Assembly: GCA_050916045.1 (NCBI GenBank)
Contig: CP051526.1
Coordinates: 2,304,001 to 2,368,000 of the forward strand
Source of the DNA: Tepidisphaera sp.
GTDB taxonomy: Bacteria; Planctomycetota; Phycisphaerae; Phycisphaerales; UBA1924
Reading direction: 5' to 3'
DNA: 64,000 nt
Positions 29,615 through 39,371 of the stretch are shown here, one piece after another (the first letter of the stretch is position 1; every line of letters starts with the position of its first letter). A program made the translations under genes and the position numbers. Under the pieces are notes generated by a model. It was not told where the DNA came from. It did no database searches and saw nothing but the letters and a program-made list of their open reading frames with translations.

Positions 29615-30868
29615 TCAAGGCCCCACAAACGCGTCGTCGGGATTGGTCGGAAGCTCATCGCCGTGGATCTCGATGCCCGTCGGCTGTTCCTTGAGCGTCA
29701 GCACCCGCATCGGAAGCCAGATGTTGTCGCCGCTGGGGAGCACCGGCGTGCGGAACCATCGAGCGGCACCGTCAGAGAACAGAACGTGCTGGCCGGAGCC
29801 GTCATGGCTCGCGGAATTCTCATCCGGACGGATCGCCTGGTGGACCACCGCCCTGCGAACGACCGGGGAGCGATCGGCGAGAACGACGCGCAGCGTCGCT
29901 CCGTCCCAAACCGGGCGGTGCTCACCGAACATGATCTGGTAGCTGTACGAAACCTCCTTGAGGGAGGACCAGTCCACCGCACCCGGCTCGCACGACGCCG
30001 ACCGGCACGCATCCGCGTTGCCCGGGCACGCCAGCGACTTCAGCGGCGTGTAGTTCGTGCGGGCGAGCGTAAACAGGTTCGCGGAGTTGGAGACCGGCTT
30101 GTCGCGCTGAACGTCCCACCACGGACGTCCGCCCATCGAAGCCGCGGCCATCGGCAGCTTCCCGTCAAAGTCGTTGGTGTACTGCCCCATCGCGCTCGCG
30201 ATCCCACCCAAGCCGGCCAAGCACGAGGCGCGGCGTGCGTAGTGCGACGTCGCACCGGCAAGGGTCCAGATCACGCTCGTCGCCACCATCAGAACCGCCG
30301 CGGCCGAGAGGACATCGCGCCAGCGGGCCAGCCCCGGCATGACCAGCGAGGGCCGTTCGGGGCGGATCTTCATCCGGCTGTCACGCTCCGCGTCGATCGA
30401 CCCGACCTTCGCCATCACCGCGTCAACGAGCACCGACGACGCCGCGCGGGACCCGCCGACGTTCCGTAGAAGATCGCCGACCTCGCCAAACTTCCTGGCC
30501 CGTTCGCCCAGTGGGCCCGACACGCCCGCAGCGTCGAACTCGCCCGCCACCATCGCGTCCATGGCTTCGACGTCCGCGTCGGTGAGCTGGAGGGGTTGCG
30601 CCGATCCGGGGCCGGACTCGCGCCGTGTGCGCACGACGCGGGCCATCGTGACATCGACGAGCAGGCTCTTGTCCGAAGAGGCCGCGGGAGCTGATTCAAG
30701 GGATCCAAGGAGCTTGAGAATCCGCTGCGACCGGGCTCGCGCGTGGTCCGGAACCGCCGAGGGGTCAAAGCCGGCGGCGAGCAGTGCTTCCAGAGCGGCC
30801 GCGTCCTCGGCGGAAAGATCCGCAGATCCGGCCTGGAACGGTTGGTTTGGATCGGCGTCAAACATCAT
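29615..30868 (-). CDS. Putative anti-sigma factor: duplicated cytoplasmic motif, TM helix and DUF1559/pilin-like C-terminal domain
   Basis: Follows ECF gene; one TM (DVLSAAAVLMVATSVIW); ARRASCLAGLGGIASAMGQY, LACP, SYSYQ, HDGSGQHVLFSDG (H-X9/10-DG-like). Confidence 0.7.
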   Translation of the reverse strand: MMFDADPNQPFQAGSADLSAEDAAALEALLAAGFDPSAVPDHARARSQRILKLLGSLESAPAASSDKSLLVDVTMARVVRTRRESGPGSAQPLQLTDADVEAMDAMVAGEFDAAGVSGPLGERARKFGEVGDLLRNVGGSRAASSVLVDAVMAKVGSIDAERDSRMKIRPERPSLVMPGLARWRDVLSAAAVLMVATSVIWTLAGATSHYARRASCLAGLGGIASAMGQYTNDFDGKLPMAAASMGGRPWWDVQRDKPVSNSANLFTLARTNYTPLKSLACPGNADACRSASCEPGAVDWSSLKEVSYSYQIMFGEHRPVWDGATLRVVLADRSPVVRRAVVHQAIRPDENSASHDGSGQHVLFSDGAARWFRTPVLPSGDNIWLPMRVLTLKEQPTGIEIHGDELPTNPDDAFVGP

Positions 30869-30915
30869 GCCATCCCGTCCTTCACGCTTCGAAAAACCTC
30901 GGGTACCGACCGACC

Positions 30916-31530
30916 TCAGGACTGCTTGGGAGCTTTCGGCTCCGTCAGCTCCTTCCAACGCGCTGCAAACCCCGCCACCGCCGAGTGAAGCCTGGATTTC
31001 ACCGTTCCCAGCGGAATCCGAAGATCTTCCGCCACCTGGGCGTAACTCAGCCGCTGGAAGTACGCCAGCAGCAGAATCTCCCGAAGCGGCGGTGAGAGCG
31101 AGTCCAGCGCTCTCTGCACCGTCCGATCACGTTCTTCGGCCGTCATCCGTTCCGACGGCCCGTCGATGTCAATCTCCATGAGGTCCACATAGGAGGAGTT
31201 CCGGCCACCCCCGCCGCTGCCGCCAGCGACCGGTGCGTGGATGTCGACCTCATGACGACGATTCTTCTTACGGAGCCAGTCGCGGCCTTTGTTCGCCGCG
31301 ATCGTAAAAACCCATGGCCGAAATCGCCGGGTCCGATCAAAAGTGCCCGCCGATTGATGCACCTGGATGAATGCGTCCTGAAACACGTCCTCCGCCCCCT
31401 GCCGATCGCCCAAAAGGCGGGTCAGGAACCGCAGCAGGTCGTCGTGGTACCGCTCCACGAGCGTTCGGAAAGCGTTCAGATCGCCTCCGAGGTACTGGTC
31501 AAACAGGGCTTCGTCGCTCAGTTCGCTCAC
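30916..31530 (-). CDS. ECF sigma factor
   Basis: SDEAL, GDLNAFRTLVERY, AEDVFQDAF, FRPWVFTIAAN, LSYAQVAEDLRIPLGTVKSRLH. Confidence 0.93.
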   Translation of the reverse strand: MSELSDEALFDQYLGGDLNAFRTLVERYHDDLLRFLTRLLGDRQGAEDVFQDAFIQVHQSAGTFDRTRRFRPWVFTIAANKGRDWLRKKNRRHEVDIHAPVAGGSGGGGRNSSYVDLMEIDIDGPSERMTAEERDRTVQRALDSLSPPLREILLLAYFQRLSYAQVAEDLRIPLGTVKSRLHSAVAGFAARWKELTEPKAPKQS

Positions 31531-31889
31531 GCTCTTGGATTCCTCGTGACTTCTTCGCGGCCCAGAACCAGACCGACGGCCCGCGAGAACGATACCCCGG
31601 GCCGGCCGCCGAACCGGGCGGCCCCGTCCGCCCGGAGCGCGGGGGCGTGAACCGCTTCGTACGCCTCAAAGGCCGCGCGGGTCGGGAATGTGTACCGGGA
31701 TTCCACCCGAATCGGCGCACCACCCGCGGCCAAAGCCGCCGGATCAGGTCCGATCACCTCCGCCGAGCTCGCCCCACCCCGGAGAACCGCTTGGATATGG
31801 CCCGCCAGCAGCCACGCCGTGTACTCCGCGAGCGTGCGCTCGTCGGGGAGGGTGGCGACCACCGTGTACGCCAGCGGGAGGCTCGGCAT
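31527..31889 (-). CDS. DUF4286-like small protein
   Basis: YTVVA...WLLAGHI...FEAYEAVHAPALRADG; GTGA overlap with the ECF start. Confidence 0.6.
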   Translation of the reverse strand: MPSLPLAYTVVATLPDERTLAEYTAWLLAGHIQAVLRGGASSAEVIGPDPAALAAGGAPIRVESRYTFPTRAAFEAYEAVHAPALRADGAARFGGRPGVSFSRAVGLVLGREEVTRNPRA

Positions 31890-31998
31890 CCCGGAAGGAT
31901 ACCTTGTTCGGACGCCGGGTGGGTTCGGCGAGAAGGTTGGCGGTGAAATGCCGATGCTTGTGGTGCGTTAGACAGGTGGAACGATCGCGGAGCAGTCA

Positions 31999-32595
31999 TT
32001 GGCCGAACGACAGACGGTTCATCCCGAGCCCGACCCCGACCTTCCCGGCATTCTTGCGCGGGCGGCGGCGGGCGATGAGTCCGCCTGGAGGAAGCTGATC
32101 GATCTCTTCTCCCGCCGGGTCTTTGCCCTTGCCAAAAGCCGGTGCAGGGACACCGGCCTGGCCGAGGAGATCACGCAGTCGGTCTTCGCCACGGTGGCTT
32201 CCAAGCTGCCGACGGGCGAGTACGCGGAGCAGGGGAAGTTTGAATCGTGGATTTTCCGGGTCACGATGAACCGGCTTCGGGATGAGATGCGACGGGTTCG
32301 GCGGCACGCATCGCCGACGGATCCGGAGGGGTTTGCTTCGATGCCGGCGGCGGACGGCCCCAGCCCGAGGGAGCTTTCCCCCGAACTGGTCCGGCTCCGG
32401 GACGCGATGGACGGTCTGGCCCCTGCGGACCGGGAGATCGTGGAACTCCGGCATCACGGAGGGCTCTCATTCAAGCAGCTCTCCGAACTGCTGAACGAAC
32501 CGCTTGGTACGCTACTGGCGCGACATCACAGGGCGCTGAAGAAACTGCAGAGCATTCTGTCGGCATCGCAGGACGCCGAGACACCACTGGCCTGA
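31999..32595 (+). CDS. ECF sigma factor
   Basis: GDESAWRKL, AEEITQSVF, FESWIFRVTMNRLRD, LSFKQLSELLNEPLGTLLARHHR. Confidence 0.92.
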   Translation: MAERQTVHPEPDPDLPGILARAAAGDESAWRKLIDLFSRRVFALAKSRCRDTGLAEEITQSVFATVASKLPTGEYAEQGKFESWIFRVTMNRLRDEMRRVRRHASPTDPEGFASMPAADGPSPRELSPELVRLRDAMDGLAPADREIVELRHHGGLSFKQLSELLNEPLGTLLARHHRALKKLQSILSASQDAETPLA

Positions 32596-32628
32596 GAGAA
32601 AGACGAACGACCCACTGACGGGTGAACC

Positions 32629-33309
32629 ATGACCAACCACGGCAACCATCAAGAGAACGACGCGCTCCCGCCCGAACTGGCCGCGCTGGCAAGCGACCTG
32701 GACCGGCTCGCGGCCCATGACGCAGGCTCGGCGGACGCTTCGCTCGCCGACCGGATCTTCATGAAGACGCGGTCCGCGGTCCTTCACGAGGGCATGACCC
32801 CCGCCGTGCGCAAGGTCAACGACGACATGGCCGCGATGGGCGCCCACGAGCGGCGTTCGGCCGTCGCGGGCCTTGAGCAGCGTGTCTTTGACGCGACGGT
32901 CCACCACCTCCGCGAGCCCGAAGCACCGGCCGTCATCGCCACCATCGGCATGCACCGCTGGTTCAGCCGCGTCGCGATTGCCGCTGGCCTGGCCATCGCG
33001 GCCGCGGGCGTCTGGATGGTCATGAACAACCAGGCCGGCCCCACGACCGGCGGGAACCAGCCCATCGCCACGGACACGACCTCGGGCACGAACCCCGCGC
33101 CGGTCGTCGCCGTCGATTCGGACCCGAAAGACCCCATCAAGTCCAACACCACCGAGCTTGAAGCCGTTCTTGCAAGCTCGGAAGCCGAAGATTCCTTCGT
33201 CGCCCTCTTCGCCATCGGCGACGACCTGCGGTCGGACATCAAAGCCGTCGCGACCGAAGCCGAGCGCGTCGAGAAAGCCCTCGGCGGAGAACTGAGCACG
33301 GGAGGCTGA
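32629..33309 (+). CDS. Putative anti-sigma factor, single TM
   Basis: Immediately downstream of ECF gene; TM RVAIAAGLAIAAAGVW. Confidence 0.65.
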   Translation: MTNHGNHQENDALPPELAALASDLDRLAAHDAGSADASLADRIFMKTRSAVLHEGMTPAVRKVNDDMAAMGAHERRSAVAGLEQRVFDATVHHLREPEAPAVIATIGMHRWFSRVAIAAGLAIAAAGVWMVMNNQAGPTTGGNQPIATDTTSGTNPAPVVAVDSDPKDPIKSNTTELEAVLASSEAEDSFVALFAIGDDLRSDIKAVATEAERVEKALGGELSTGG

Positions 33310-33310
33310 T

Positions 33311-34288
33311 ATGCGGATCCGGAGTCATCTCATCTCGTGCGGAACCGGCGTGGTCGCCGGCGTCCTCCTCGTCGCCGGCCTCGCGATGCAGCCCGAACGC
33401 GGCCCCGCTTCGCCCGATCGCCCCGGCAGCCGCCAGCCCGACCGTCGCCCGGATCAGCGTCCGCAGCGCCCCGGTGATCGCGAACGCCCCGAGCAGGGAC
33501 CGCCGTGGGGCCCGGAAGTCGGCCCCGCCGGTGAAGGCCCCGACGGCCGTCCGGGCGACGGCCGTCCCCCCTTCGATCGTGACCGCGCCATCAAACGCCT
33601 CGAGGAAAGGCTCGCATCCCTCGACCGCCAGAAAGCCCTCGTCAATCGCGTCCTCGAACGCCTTCGCGGCGGGGAAGCCCTCGAGAGCATGGGCGGCGAA
33701 CTGCTCGAAGCCCTCCGCGGGCAGGGCGGTGGTGGCGCCGGCGGTGGCGAACCTCCGCGCGGCGCCGGCGGAGAGGAACGCGAGTTCCGCCGCCTCGTCA
33801 GCGAGTTCGACCCCAAGCTCGTCGAACGCATGGACCAATTCAGGGAGCGGCACCCGCTCGGCGGTCGCGTCCTCGTCATGCTGATGCCGCGCATCCAGGA
33901 AGTCGTCAGGGCCAAAGCTCAGGACCCCGTGCTCTTTGACCTCTACAAATCGCAGATCGCCGGCGGCCTCGAGGTCGGCGAATTCGCCATGGCCTACCTC
34001 GACCATGTCCGCGCGGGCAAGCTCGAGACCGACGAAGCCAAAGCCGCTCGCGCTTCGCTGAAGGATGCCTATCTCAAGCAGTTTGAGACCAGGCGCAAGC
34101 TTCAGGAACGCGACATCACCGCGCTCAACAAGAAGATCGAGGAGTTGCAGGCCCGCGTCAACGAGACCGCCGATCAGCGGGCCGCTTCGGCGGACGCGTT
34201 CATCGACCGCCTCGCCCGCCAGGCCACCGAGCTTCGCCGCGAGCGCGAAGGCCGTGGCGAGCCGCGCAATGAGCCGGCTCCTCGCTGA
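33311..34288 (+). CDS. Hypothetical exported protein (Pro/Gly-rich N-region, helical C-region)
   Basis: GGAGG RBS; signal-like N-terminus; third gene of ECF operon. Confidence 0.65.
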   Translation: MRIRSHLISCGTGVVAGVLLVAGLAMQPERGPASPDRPGSRQPDRRPDQRPQRPGDRERPEQGPPWGPEVGPAGEGPDGRPGDGRPPFDRDRAIKRLEERLASLDRQKALVNRVLERLRGGEALESMGGELLEALRGQGGGGAGGGEPPRGAGGEEREFRRLVSEFDPKLVERMDQFRERHPLGGRVLVMLMPRIQEVVRAKAQDPVLFDLYKSQIAGGLEVGEFAMAYLDHVRAGKLETDEAKAARASLKDAYLKQFETRRKLQERDITALNKKIEELQARVNETADQRAASADAFIDRLARQATELRREREGRGEPRNEPAPR

Positions 34289-34363
34289 GTCCGCGCCGGC
34301 TTCTCGCTTGGTCAAACCTCGCTTGGTCAAGCCTCGCGTGCCTCACCGCGTTCGATGAGCGGC

Positions 34364-34804
34364 TCAGAGCTTTTCTTTGGCTTTGGCGACCGCGTCCTCG
34401 GCTTCCTTGACCGCCTGCCGAAGCTGCTCGGTCTCGGTGCCGTCATCCGCGGCCGTGCTGGATTCGAACTTCTCCGCCAGGTCGCGGGCTTTCTTGATCT
34501 TGGCTTCGGCGGCTTGGACAAGCGTGGCGACCGTCTCGGACTGTCCGCGGCCCTTCATGGCTTCGACGGACTCGGTGAGCTGCTCCAAGCGGACCTTGGC
34601 GTTGAGGACGGCGGACTCGCGCGAGTCGCCGCCGCGGCTGATGGATTCGCGCGTGTCCTTGGCGGACTTGACGGCCTTTCCGAGGACGCTCTTGGGAGCG
34701 TCGATGGTGACCGTGCCGCCCCCGGTGGGCGTGCTGTTGGTGTTGTCGCAGCCAGCGATCAGCAGCGATGCGGTCAGAACGGCGGCGAGGCAAGCGGATT
34801 TCAT
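34364..34804 (-). CDS. Hypothetical lipoprotein
   Basis: MKSACLAAVLTASLLIAGC lipobox; helical C-terminus. Confidence 0.7.
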   Translation of the reverse strand: MKSACLAAVLTASLLIAGCDNTNSTPTGGGTVTIDAPKSVLGKAVKSAKDTRESISRGGDSRESAVLNAKVRLEQLTESVEAMKGRGQSETVATLVQAAEAKIKKARDLAEKFESSTAADDGTETEQLRQAVKEAEDAVAKAKEKL

Positions 34805-34820
34805 CGCGGTGCTCCCATGC

Positions 34821-36293
34821 TCAGAACGGCGAAGGCCCGAACGAGACGGATCGTACGGACGGAGACTGAGCAAGGTGGGAAGGAACGTCCCGGATGTCTT
34901 CAGCCCTGACCACGATGATCTGCACCTCGCCCTCACCGGGAGGGGGGCCCCAGAAGTGGAGCACGATCTTGCGGTAGGCCCAGAACCCGATGGGTACGAA
35001 CCCGCCGCCCGCGAGCACGAACACCGTGCTCAGATTCCAGTCGCGGTACTTGTGCATCAGATACGCGACGACGCCGAGCACGCCCCAGAAGCCGACCACC
35101 ACCGGCGGAACCAGCCAGACGCTCGTCTTGTTCGCGATCTCGTCGGTCTTGTCCTGAAGGAACTTGAGCTTCTGAAGCAGGCCGCGGGCCCACGCGAACT
35201 CCGAAGCCAGGATCGCGATGCCGATTGGCGCCAGGATCGTGAACCCCGGGCCGGGAAGCGGCCCCAGCACGATCGCGCCGATGAGGACGAGGGTGCCCGC
35301 GACAAGGATCGCGAGCTTGCGCAGGTTGCGGCGCGTCGCGGCGATCGCTTCGGCTGCGTCCTGGATCGGGGCCGGCAGGTCCGCGTTCAGGTTCGGATGC
35401 CGCTTCATGTGCGGAATCGAAGCGAGCACGCTCACAGCCAGGACGCCGATGACCGATCCGACGGTGATCGCCGTCGGCAGGAGCGTGTCGCCGAAGAACG
35501 CGATCTTGACCGCGAGGCCGACGAGAATGACGACGACGCCGAGCTTGAGGTAGCGGATCCGCGCGATGACGCTCTGGAGTGAGAAGTACATCGAACGCAG
35601 AGCCAGAACGGCCATGACGTTCGAGGTCAGGGCGATCAGCGGGTCCCGGGTCACGCTGAACACCGCCGGCACCGAGTCGAGGGCGAACGAGAAGTCCGCC
35701 GCGACCGCGACCGCCACCACCGACGCGACGTTGCGATTCTGCCCGAAAGCCCGCCGGGCGGACCGCACCAGAGGCCGATCCTCCAGCGCCGCCGGCCGAT
35801 CGGGAAGGACGAACGCGCGGAACGCGCCGATCAGAAGCAGCCCCACGAACACCCACCGCGTCCATTCGAACGTCAGGATCGACGCCCCAACCGCCACCAT
35901 CGCGCCCCGCGCGATCAAGCAGCCCAGAAGCACCCAGAAAAGCACGCGCCCCCGGTGCTCGTGCGGAATCTGAAAGTGCGCGAAGAGCAGCACGAGGACC
36001 ACGATGTTGTCCAGGCTGAGAGCGACCTCGATCGAGTACGCCGTCAGGTACTGAAGCAGAGCATCCAGAGCGTCGGGCTCCCGGCGCAGCGGGTCCGTGA
36101 GCGCGATCCACTCGGCGTCATAGGCCCGAAAGAGGAGCATGCCCACGCCGATGGCCGCGACGATCCATATCTGCGTCGAGAGGGCCGCTTCCGTCGTCGT
36201 CACCGGGCGGGGCCGGCGCGTGAGAAGCCCCAGGTCCAGAATGACCAGGAAGAGAACAAGGGTGAGAAATCCGGCGACGATCCAGAAGGTCAT
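34821..36293 (-). CDS. TerC family membrane protein with C-terminal PGPGW-like domain
   Basis: EVALSLDNI, ADFSFALDSVPAVFSVTRDP, LALRSMYF; C-terminal LPGPG...LASEFAWAR. Confidence 0.82.
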   Translation of the reverse strand: MTFWIVAGFLTLVLFLVILDLGLLTRRPRPVTTTEAALSTQIWIVAAIGVGMLLFRAYDAEWIALTDPLRREPDALDALLQYLTAYSIEVALSLDNIVVLVLLFAHFQIPHEHRGRVLFWVLLGCLIARGAMVAVGASILTFEWTRWVFVGLLLIGAFRAFVLPDRPAALEDRPLVRSARRAFGQNRNVASVVAVAVAADFSFALDSVPAVFSVTRDPLIALTSNVMAVLALRSMYFSLQSVIARIRYLKLGVVVILVGLAVKIAFFGDTLLPTAITVGSVIGVLAVSVLASIPHMKRHPNLNADLPAPIQDAAEAIAATRRNLRKLAILVAGTLVLIGAIVLGPLPGPGFTILAPIGIAILASEFAWARGLLQKLKFLQDKTDEIANKTSVWLVPPVVVGFWGVLGVVAYLMHKYRDWNLSTVFVLAGGGFVPIGFWAYRKIVLHFWGPPPGEGEVQIIVVRAEDIRDVPSHLAQSPSVRSVSFGPSPF

Positions 36294-36574
36294 GGCGTTT
36301 GGAGCTCGCGGACGGCCCCCACACGGGGCGGAGTCCTGACGGCGCGGGAGAGTAGCCGTCGGGCCCTGCTGTTCTTTGGGAAGAGACGAAAGTCTGTTGA
36401 AACAACGATCCGCCGATTGTGCTTTGTTCGGTATCGCACCGGCTTTCGATCCGGGGTATGCTCTGCCCGTCCGTCGTGCGACCCCGGGTGGGGTCGGTGT
36501 CGGAAGAGATCGCGGCGCGGAACGGCCCGAGTTCAGCCGCGATTGAGAAACACAAGCAAGATCGGGCGGGATCG

Positions 36575-37012
36575 ATGCAGATGAAGAAGTTGTACGTCGG
36601 GAATCTGCCCTTCAACACCACCGAAGACGACCTGCGTGAGCTTTTCAGCGCTCACGGCGAAGTGACCTCCGCTTCGATCGTCATGGATCGTGAGACGGGC
36701 CGGTCGCGCGGATTCGGGTTCGTCGAGATGGCGAATGACGCGGACGCGACCAACGCGATCAACGCGGTGAACGGCCAGCAGCTCGGCGGGCGGGCGCTGC
36801 AGGTGAACGAAGCGCGGCCGAAGACCGAGGGCGGCGGCCGCGGGTTCGGCGGCGGCGGCGGTGGTCGCGGCGGCTTTGGCGGCGGTGGCGGTGGCGGCGG
36901 CGGCCGCGGGTTCGGTGGTGGCGGCGGCGGTGGTGGTGGTTTCGGCGGCGGTGGTCGTGGCGGAGACCGCGGCGATCGCGGCAGCCGTGGCGATCGCGGC
37001 GGCGGCTGGTAA
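36575..37012 (+). CDS. RRM RNA-binding protein with Gly/Arg-rich tail
   Basis: RNP2 LYVGNL, RNP1 RGFGFVEM, VNEARP, RGG/GGGG tail. Confidence 0.95.
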   Translation: MQMKKLYVGNLPFNTTEDDLRELFSAHGEVTSASIVMDRETGRSRGFGFVEMANDADATNAINAVNGQQLGGRALQVNEARPKTEGGGRGFGGGGGGRGGFGGGGGGGGGRGFGGGGGGGGGFGGGGRGGDRGDRGSRGDRGGGW

Positions 37013-37039
37013 TTCAGCTCCAAACCTGCTCTCAAAATC

Positions 37040-37075
37040 AAAAACGCGCCGCCGCGAGAGCGACGGGGCGTTTTT
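37040..37075. terminator. Bidirectional Rho-independent terminator
   Basis: AAAAACGC...GAGA loop...GCGTTTTT between convergent genes. Confidence 0.7.
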
Positions 37076-37106
37076 CATTGCGTTGCCGGCTGCGAAGCCG
37101 GATCGG

Positions 37107-37925
37107 TTACTTCTGATCCTTGAGCTTGAGGAGCAGGCGGAGCACCTCGACGTAAAGCCACGCGAGGGTCATCAGCAGGCCCAGAGCGCCGAACCACTCC
37201 ATCCACTTCGGGGCGCCGGCCTGGGCAGTCTCCTCGATGTTCTGGAAGTCCAGCACGAGGTTGGCCGCGGCGAGCACAACCACCAGCGCCGAGAAGCCGA
37301 TGCCGATCGGGCCCGAGTTGTGGATGAACCCGATGTTCACGCCGAAGAGGCCCAGCACGAACGTCGCGAGGTAGAACAAGCACAAGCCGAGCGTGGCCGC
37401 GATGATGCCGCGCTTCCACGCCCCGGAAAGGCGGATGATCCGCGTCGTGTAGGCGAGAAGCAGGGCGATAAAGATGCCAAAGGTCAGGAAGACGGCTTGG
37501 AAGACAAGCGCCAGGCCCGCACCCGTGGCGACCTGCCCCTTGGCGGCAAGCTTGGCTTCGAGGACGCCCGCGAGCACGAAGGAAATGCCCGCCAGCGCGG
37601 GGCCCTTGACCAAGGCATAGACCCACGCGAGCCACGGGGTGGTGCGCGGAGCGAAGATCATCACGAGGCTGAGGACGAACGCCGCAAGCGAGCCGCCGAC
37701 AAGCGGGATCGCGGGGGAGATCGTCTTGTTGGTGATGAAATGCCAGGTCGAGACCGCCGCGGCGGCCGTGAGCCCGATGAGGAAGAAGGACTTGTTGACG
37801 ACGCCCTGAACGGTCATCGTGCCTTCACGCGAGGCTTCCATGCCGGAGGCGAAGGGATCGGAAAGGCCTTGGCCACCGCTCTGGAAAGCCTGGCTGGAAA
37901 GAACCGGGTTCGAAGTTCGGAACAT
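37107..37925 (-). CDS. Bax inhibitor-1/YccA family membrane protein
   Basis: GGAGG RBS; MFRTSNPVL, MTVQGVVNKS, AAANLVLDF, APKWMEW, LAWLYVEVLRLL. Confidence 0.88.
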   Translation of the reverse strand: MFRTSNPVLSSQAFQSGGQGLSDPFASGMEASREGTMTVQGVVNKSFFLIGLTAAAAVSTWHFITNKTISPAIPLVGGSLAAFVLSLVMIFAPRTTPWLAWVYALVKGPALAGISFVLAGVLEAKLAAKGQVATGAGLALVFQAVFLTFGIFIALLLAYTTRIIRLSGAWKRGIIAATLGLCLFYLATFVLGLFGVNIGFIHNSGPIGIGFSALVVVLAAANLVLDFQNIEETAQAGAPKWMEWFGALGLLMTLAWLYVEVLRLLLKLKDQK

Positions 37926-37964
37926 GAGCACCTCCACTTGTGTGCGCATCCAATGCGCCGCTGA

Positions 37965-39314
37965 TCATACTCGTCTGGACGCAGTTTGTTCGTGAAGCGG
38001 CGTGTCCGATTCCGCCTGATTCGGTGGGATCCCTGCGGAGTCCGACTGTGGCGGAGGTCCGACTTTCGTTGGACCGGAACGGACGCCAAGCATCTGCCAC
38101 GCCGCCCAGATCAGGGAAAGAGAGGCGATGATCAGCGGCCAGGTGAAACTGCCGGTCACCACGTAGAGGTAGACCCCGACCACTTGGAAGACCGCTCCCC
38201 GGATGCCCACGAGCGTCGCATGAATCGCGACGTACTGGGGGACCCGGGCCGGCGTGGGTGCCAGCGACACCGGGCCGAGCATCCAACCCGCGCTCACCCC
38301 CGCGTGGGTCACGCCGTAGAAAAGCGAAGCCCACGCGAGATGCTGCTCGGTCTGGGTGAACACCAGCAAGACGGGGTATGCCGCAAGGGCCAGAAACGCG
38401 AGAGAGGTCGCTCGCGCCGCGCCGAATCGGTCCAGGAGCAGGCCCGCCGGGATCATGCACAGGCCGATCGTGAGCTGGTAGCTCATGTACCCGGCGGACG
38501 CCGTCGCGTGATAGTCGAGCTTGAGTCGTTCGGTCGCGAGGATCGGGAGCAGCGCGTTGCAGATCATCCATCCGACGCCGTAGGTCATGAACGCGGCTTC
38601 GTAGCGGGCAAAGCGTCGGTCGGCAGCGAGGGCTTCTCGCATATGGAGCAGCGGTTCGACCGCGGCCCGCAGCGCCGAGGCAAGCCCTGCTTGCGTCCGC
38701 GTGCGGCGGTGGCGCAGGGACTCGATGCCCGTGGATGTCGCCAGACGCCAGAGGATCAGCACCCCCACCGCTTGAACCCCGGCGGCCAGCGGGAGGAATG
38801 TGCGGAACGACTCTGAATCGCGCTCGAGCCACGTGCCGATCCCGTGGGTGAAGCCGGCCGCGCTCAGCATGCTGACGGTCTGAATCACGCCGTAGATCCG
38901 GCCGCGGATCGAGTCGGGATAAAGCCTCTTGAGCAGTTCCCCCGACGCAGGGTGGTACGCCGACAGGCCGACGGACCCAATGACCCAGCACACGGCGAGG
39001 CCGGCGAACCCGGTGCTCAGCGCCGCAAGCCCAACGGGCAGGCACGCGACCATCCAATAGACCAGCCAGAAACGGCCGAGCGGCGACCGCTCGAAGATCG
39101 CGTTCCAGAAGATCGAGAGCGCGAACAGGACCACCTGCGCCGCGGTGAGGATGACCGACTGCCGCGCATCGGCGGAGAAGTGCTTGATCGCGATGATCGG
39201 GATCATCGCCGCGATCGCGAACTGGGTCGCTTGCACCATCACAGCGCCCGCGATGTGGATCGGGAGGACCGAGAGGGTGCGGAACGGCGGCGACGAAACG
39301 ACGGGATCGGGCAC
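37965..39314 (-). CDS. MFS transporter (start probably GTG 39314)
   Basis: About 12 hydrophobic segments; YPDSIRGRIYG and LLDRFGA loop motifs. Confidence 0.78.
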   Translation of the reverse strand: MPDPVVSSPPFRTLSVLPIHIAGAVMVQATQFAIAAMIPIIAIKHFSADARQSVILTAAQVVLFALSIFWNAIFERSPLGRFWLVYWMVACLPVGLAALSTGFAGLAVCWVIGSVGLSAYHPASGELLKRLYPDSIRGRIYGVIQTVSMLSAAGFTHGIGTWLERDSESFRTFLPLAAGVQAVGVLILWRLATSTGIESLRHRRTRTQAGLASALRAAVEPLLHMREALAADRRFARYEAAFMTYGVGWMICNALLPILATERLKLDYHATASAGYMSYQLTIGLCMIPAGLLLDRFGAARATSLAFLALAAYPVLLVFTQTEQHLAWASLFYGVTHAGVSAGWMLGPVSLAPTPARVPQYVAIHATLVGIRGAVFQVVGVYLYVVTGSFTWPLIIASLSLIWAAWQMLGVRSGPTKVGPPPQSDSAGIPPNQAESDTPLHEQTASRRV

Positions 39315-39371
39315 GCCGGAGCGTAGCCGGGTGGGGACTTGATCGGGTCTTTGTTTGGTATATGATTGGTC

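Noticed and set aside
34303..34337. 15-bp tandem repeat CTCGCTTGGTCAA(A/G)C, two units plus a partial one
   Set aside because: Short local duplication between convergent genes with no spacers or other copies seen; probably slippage.
36346..36356. GGGAGAGTAGC near the first terC as a second yybP-ykoY riboswitch
   Set aside because: Wrong strand for that terC and the other consensus elements (CGTCA.CAC loop, GAGACC/AAGACC) are missing.
36830..37008. GGC/GGT-rich low-complexity tract
   Set aside because: Explained by the Gly/Arg-rich tail of the RRM protein.
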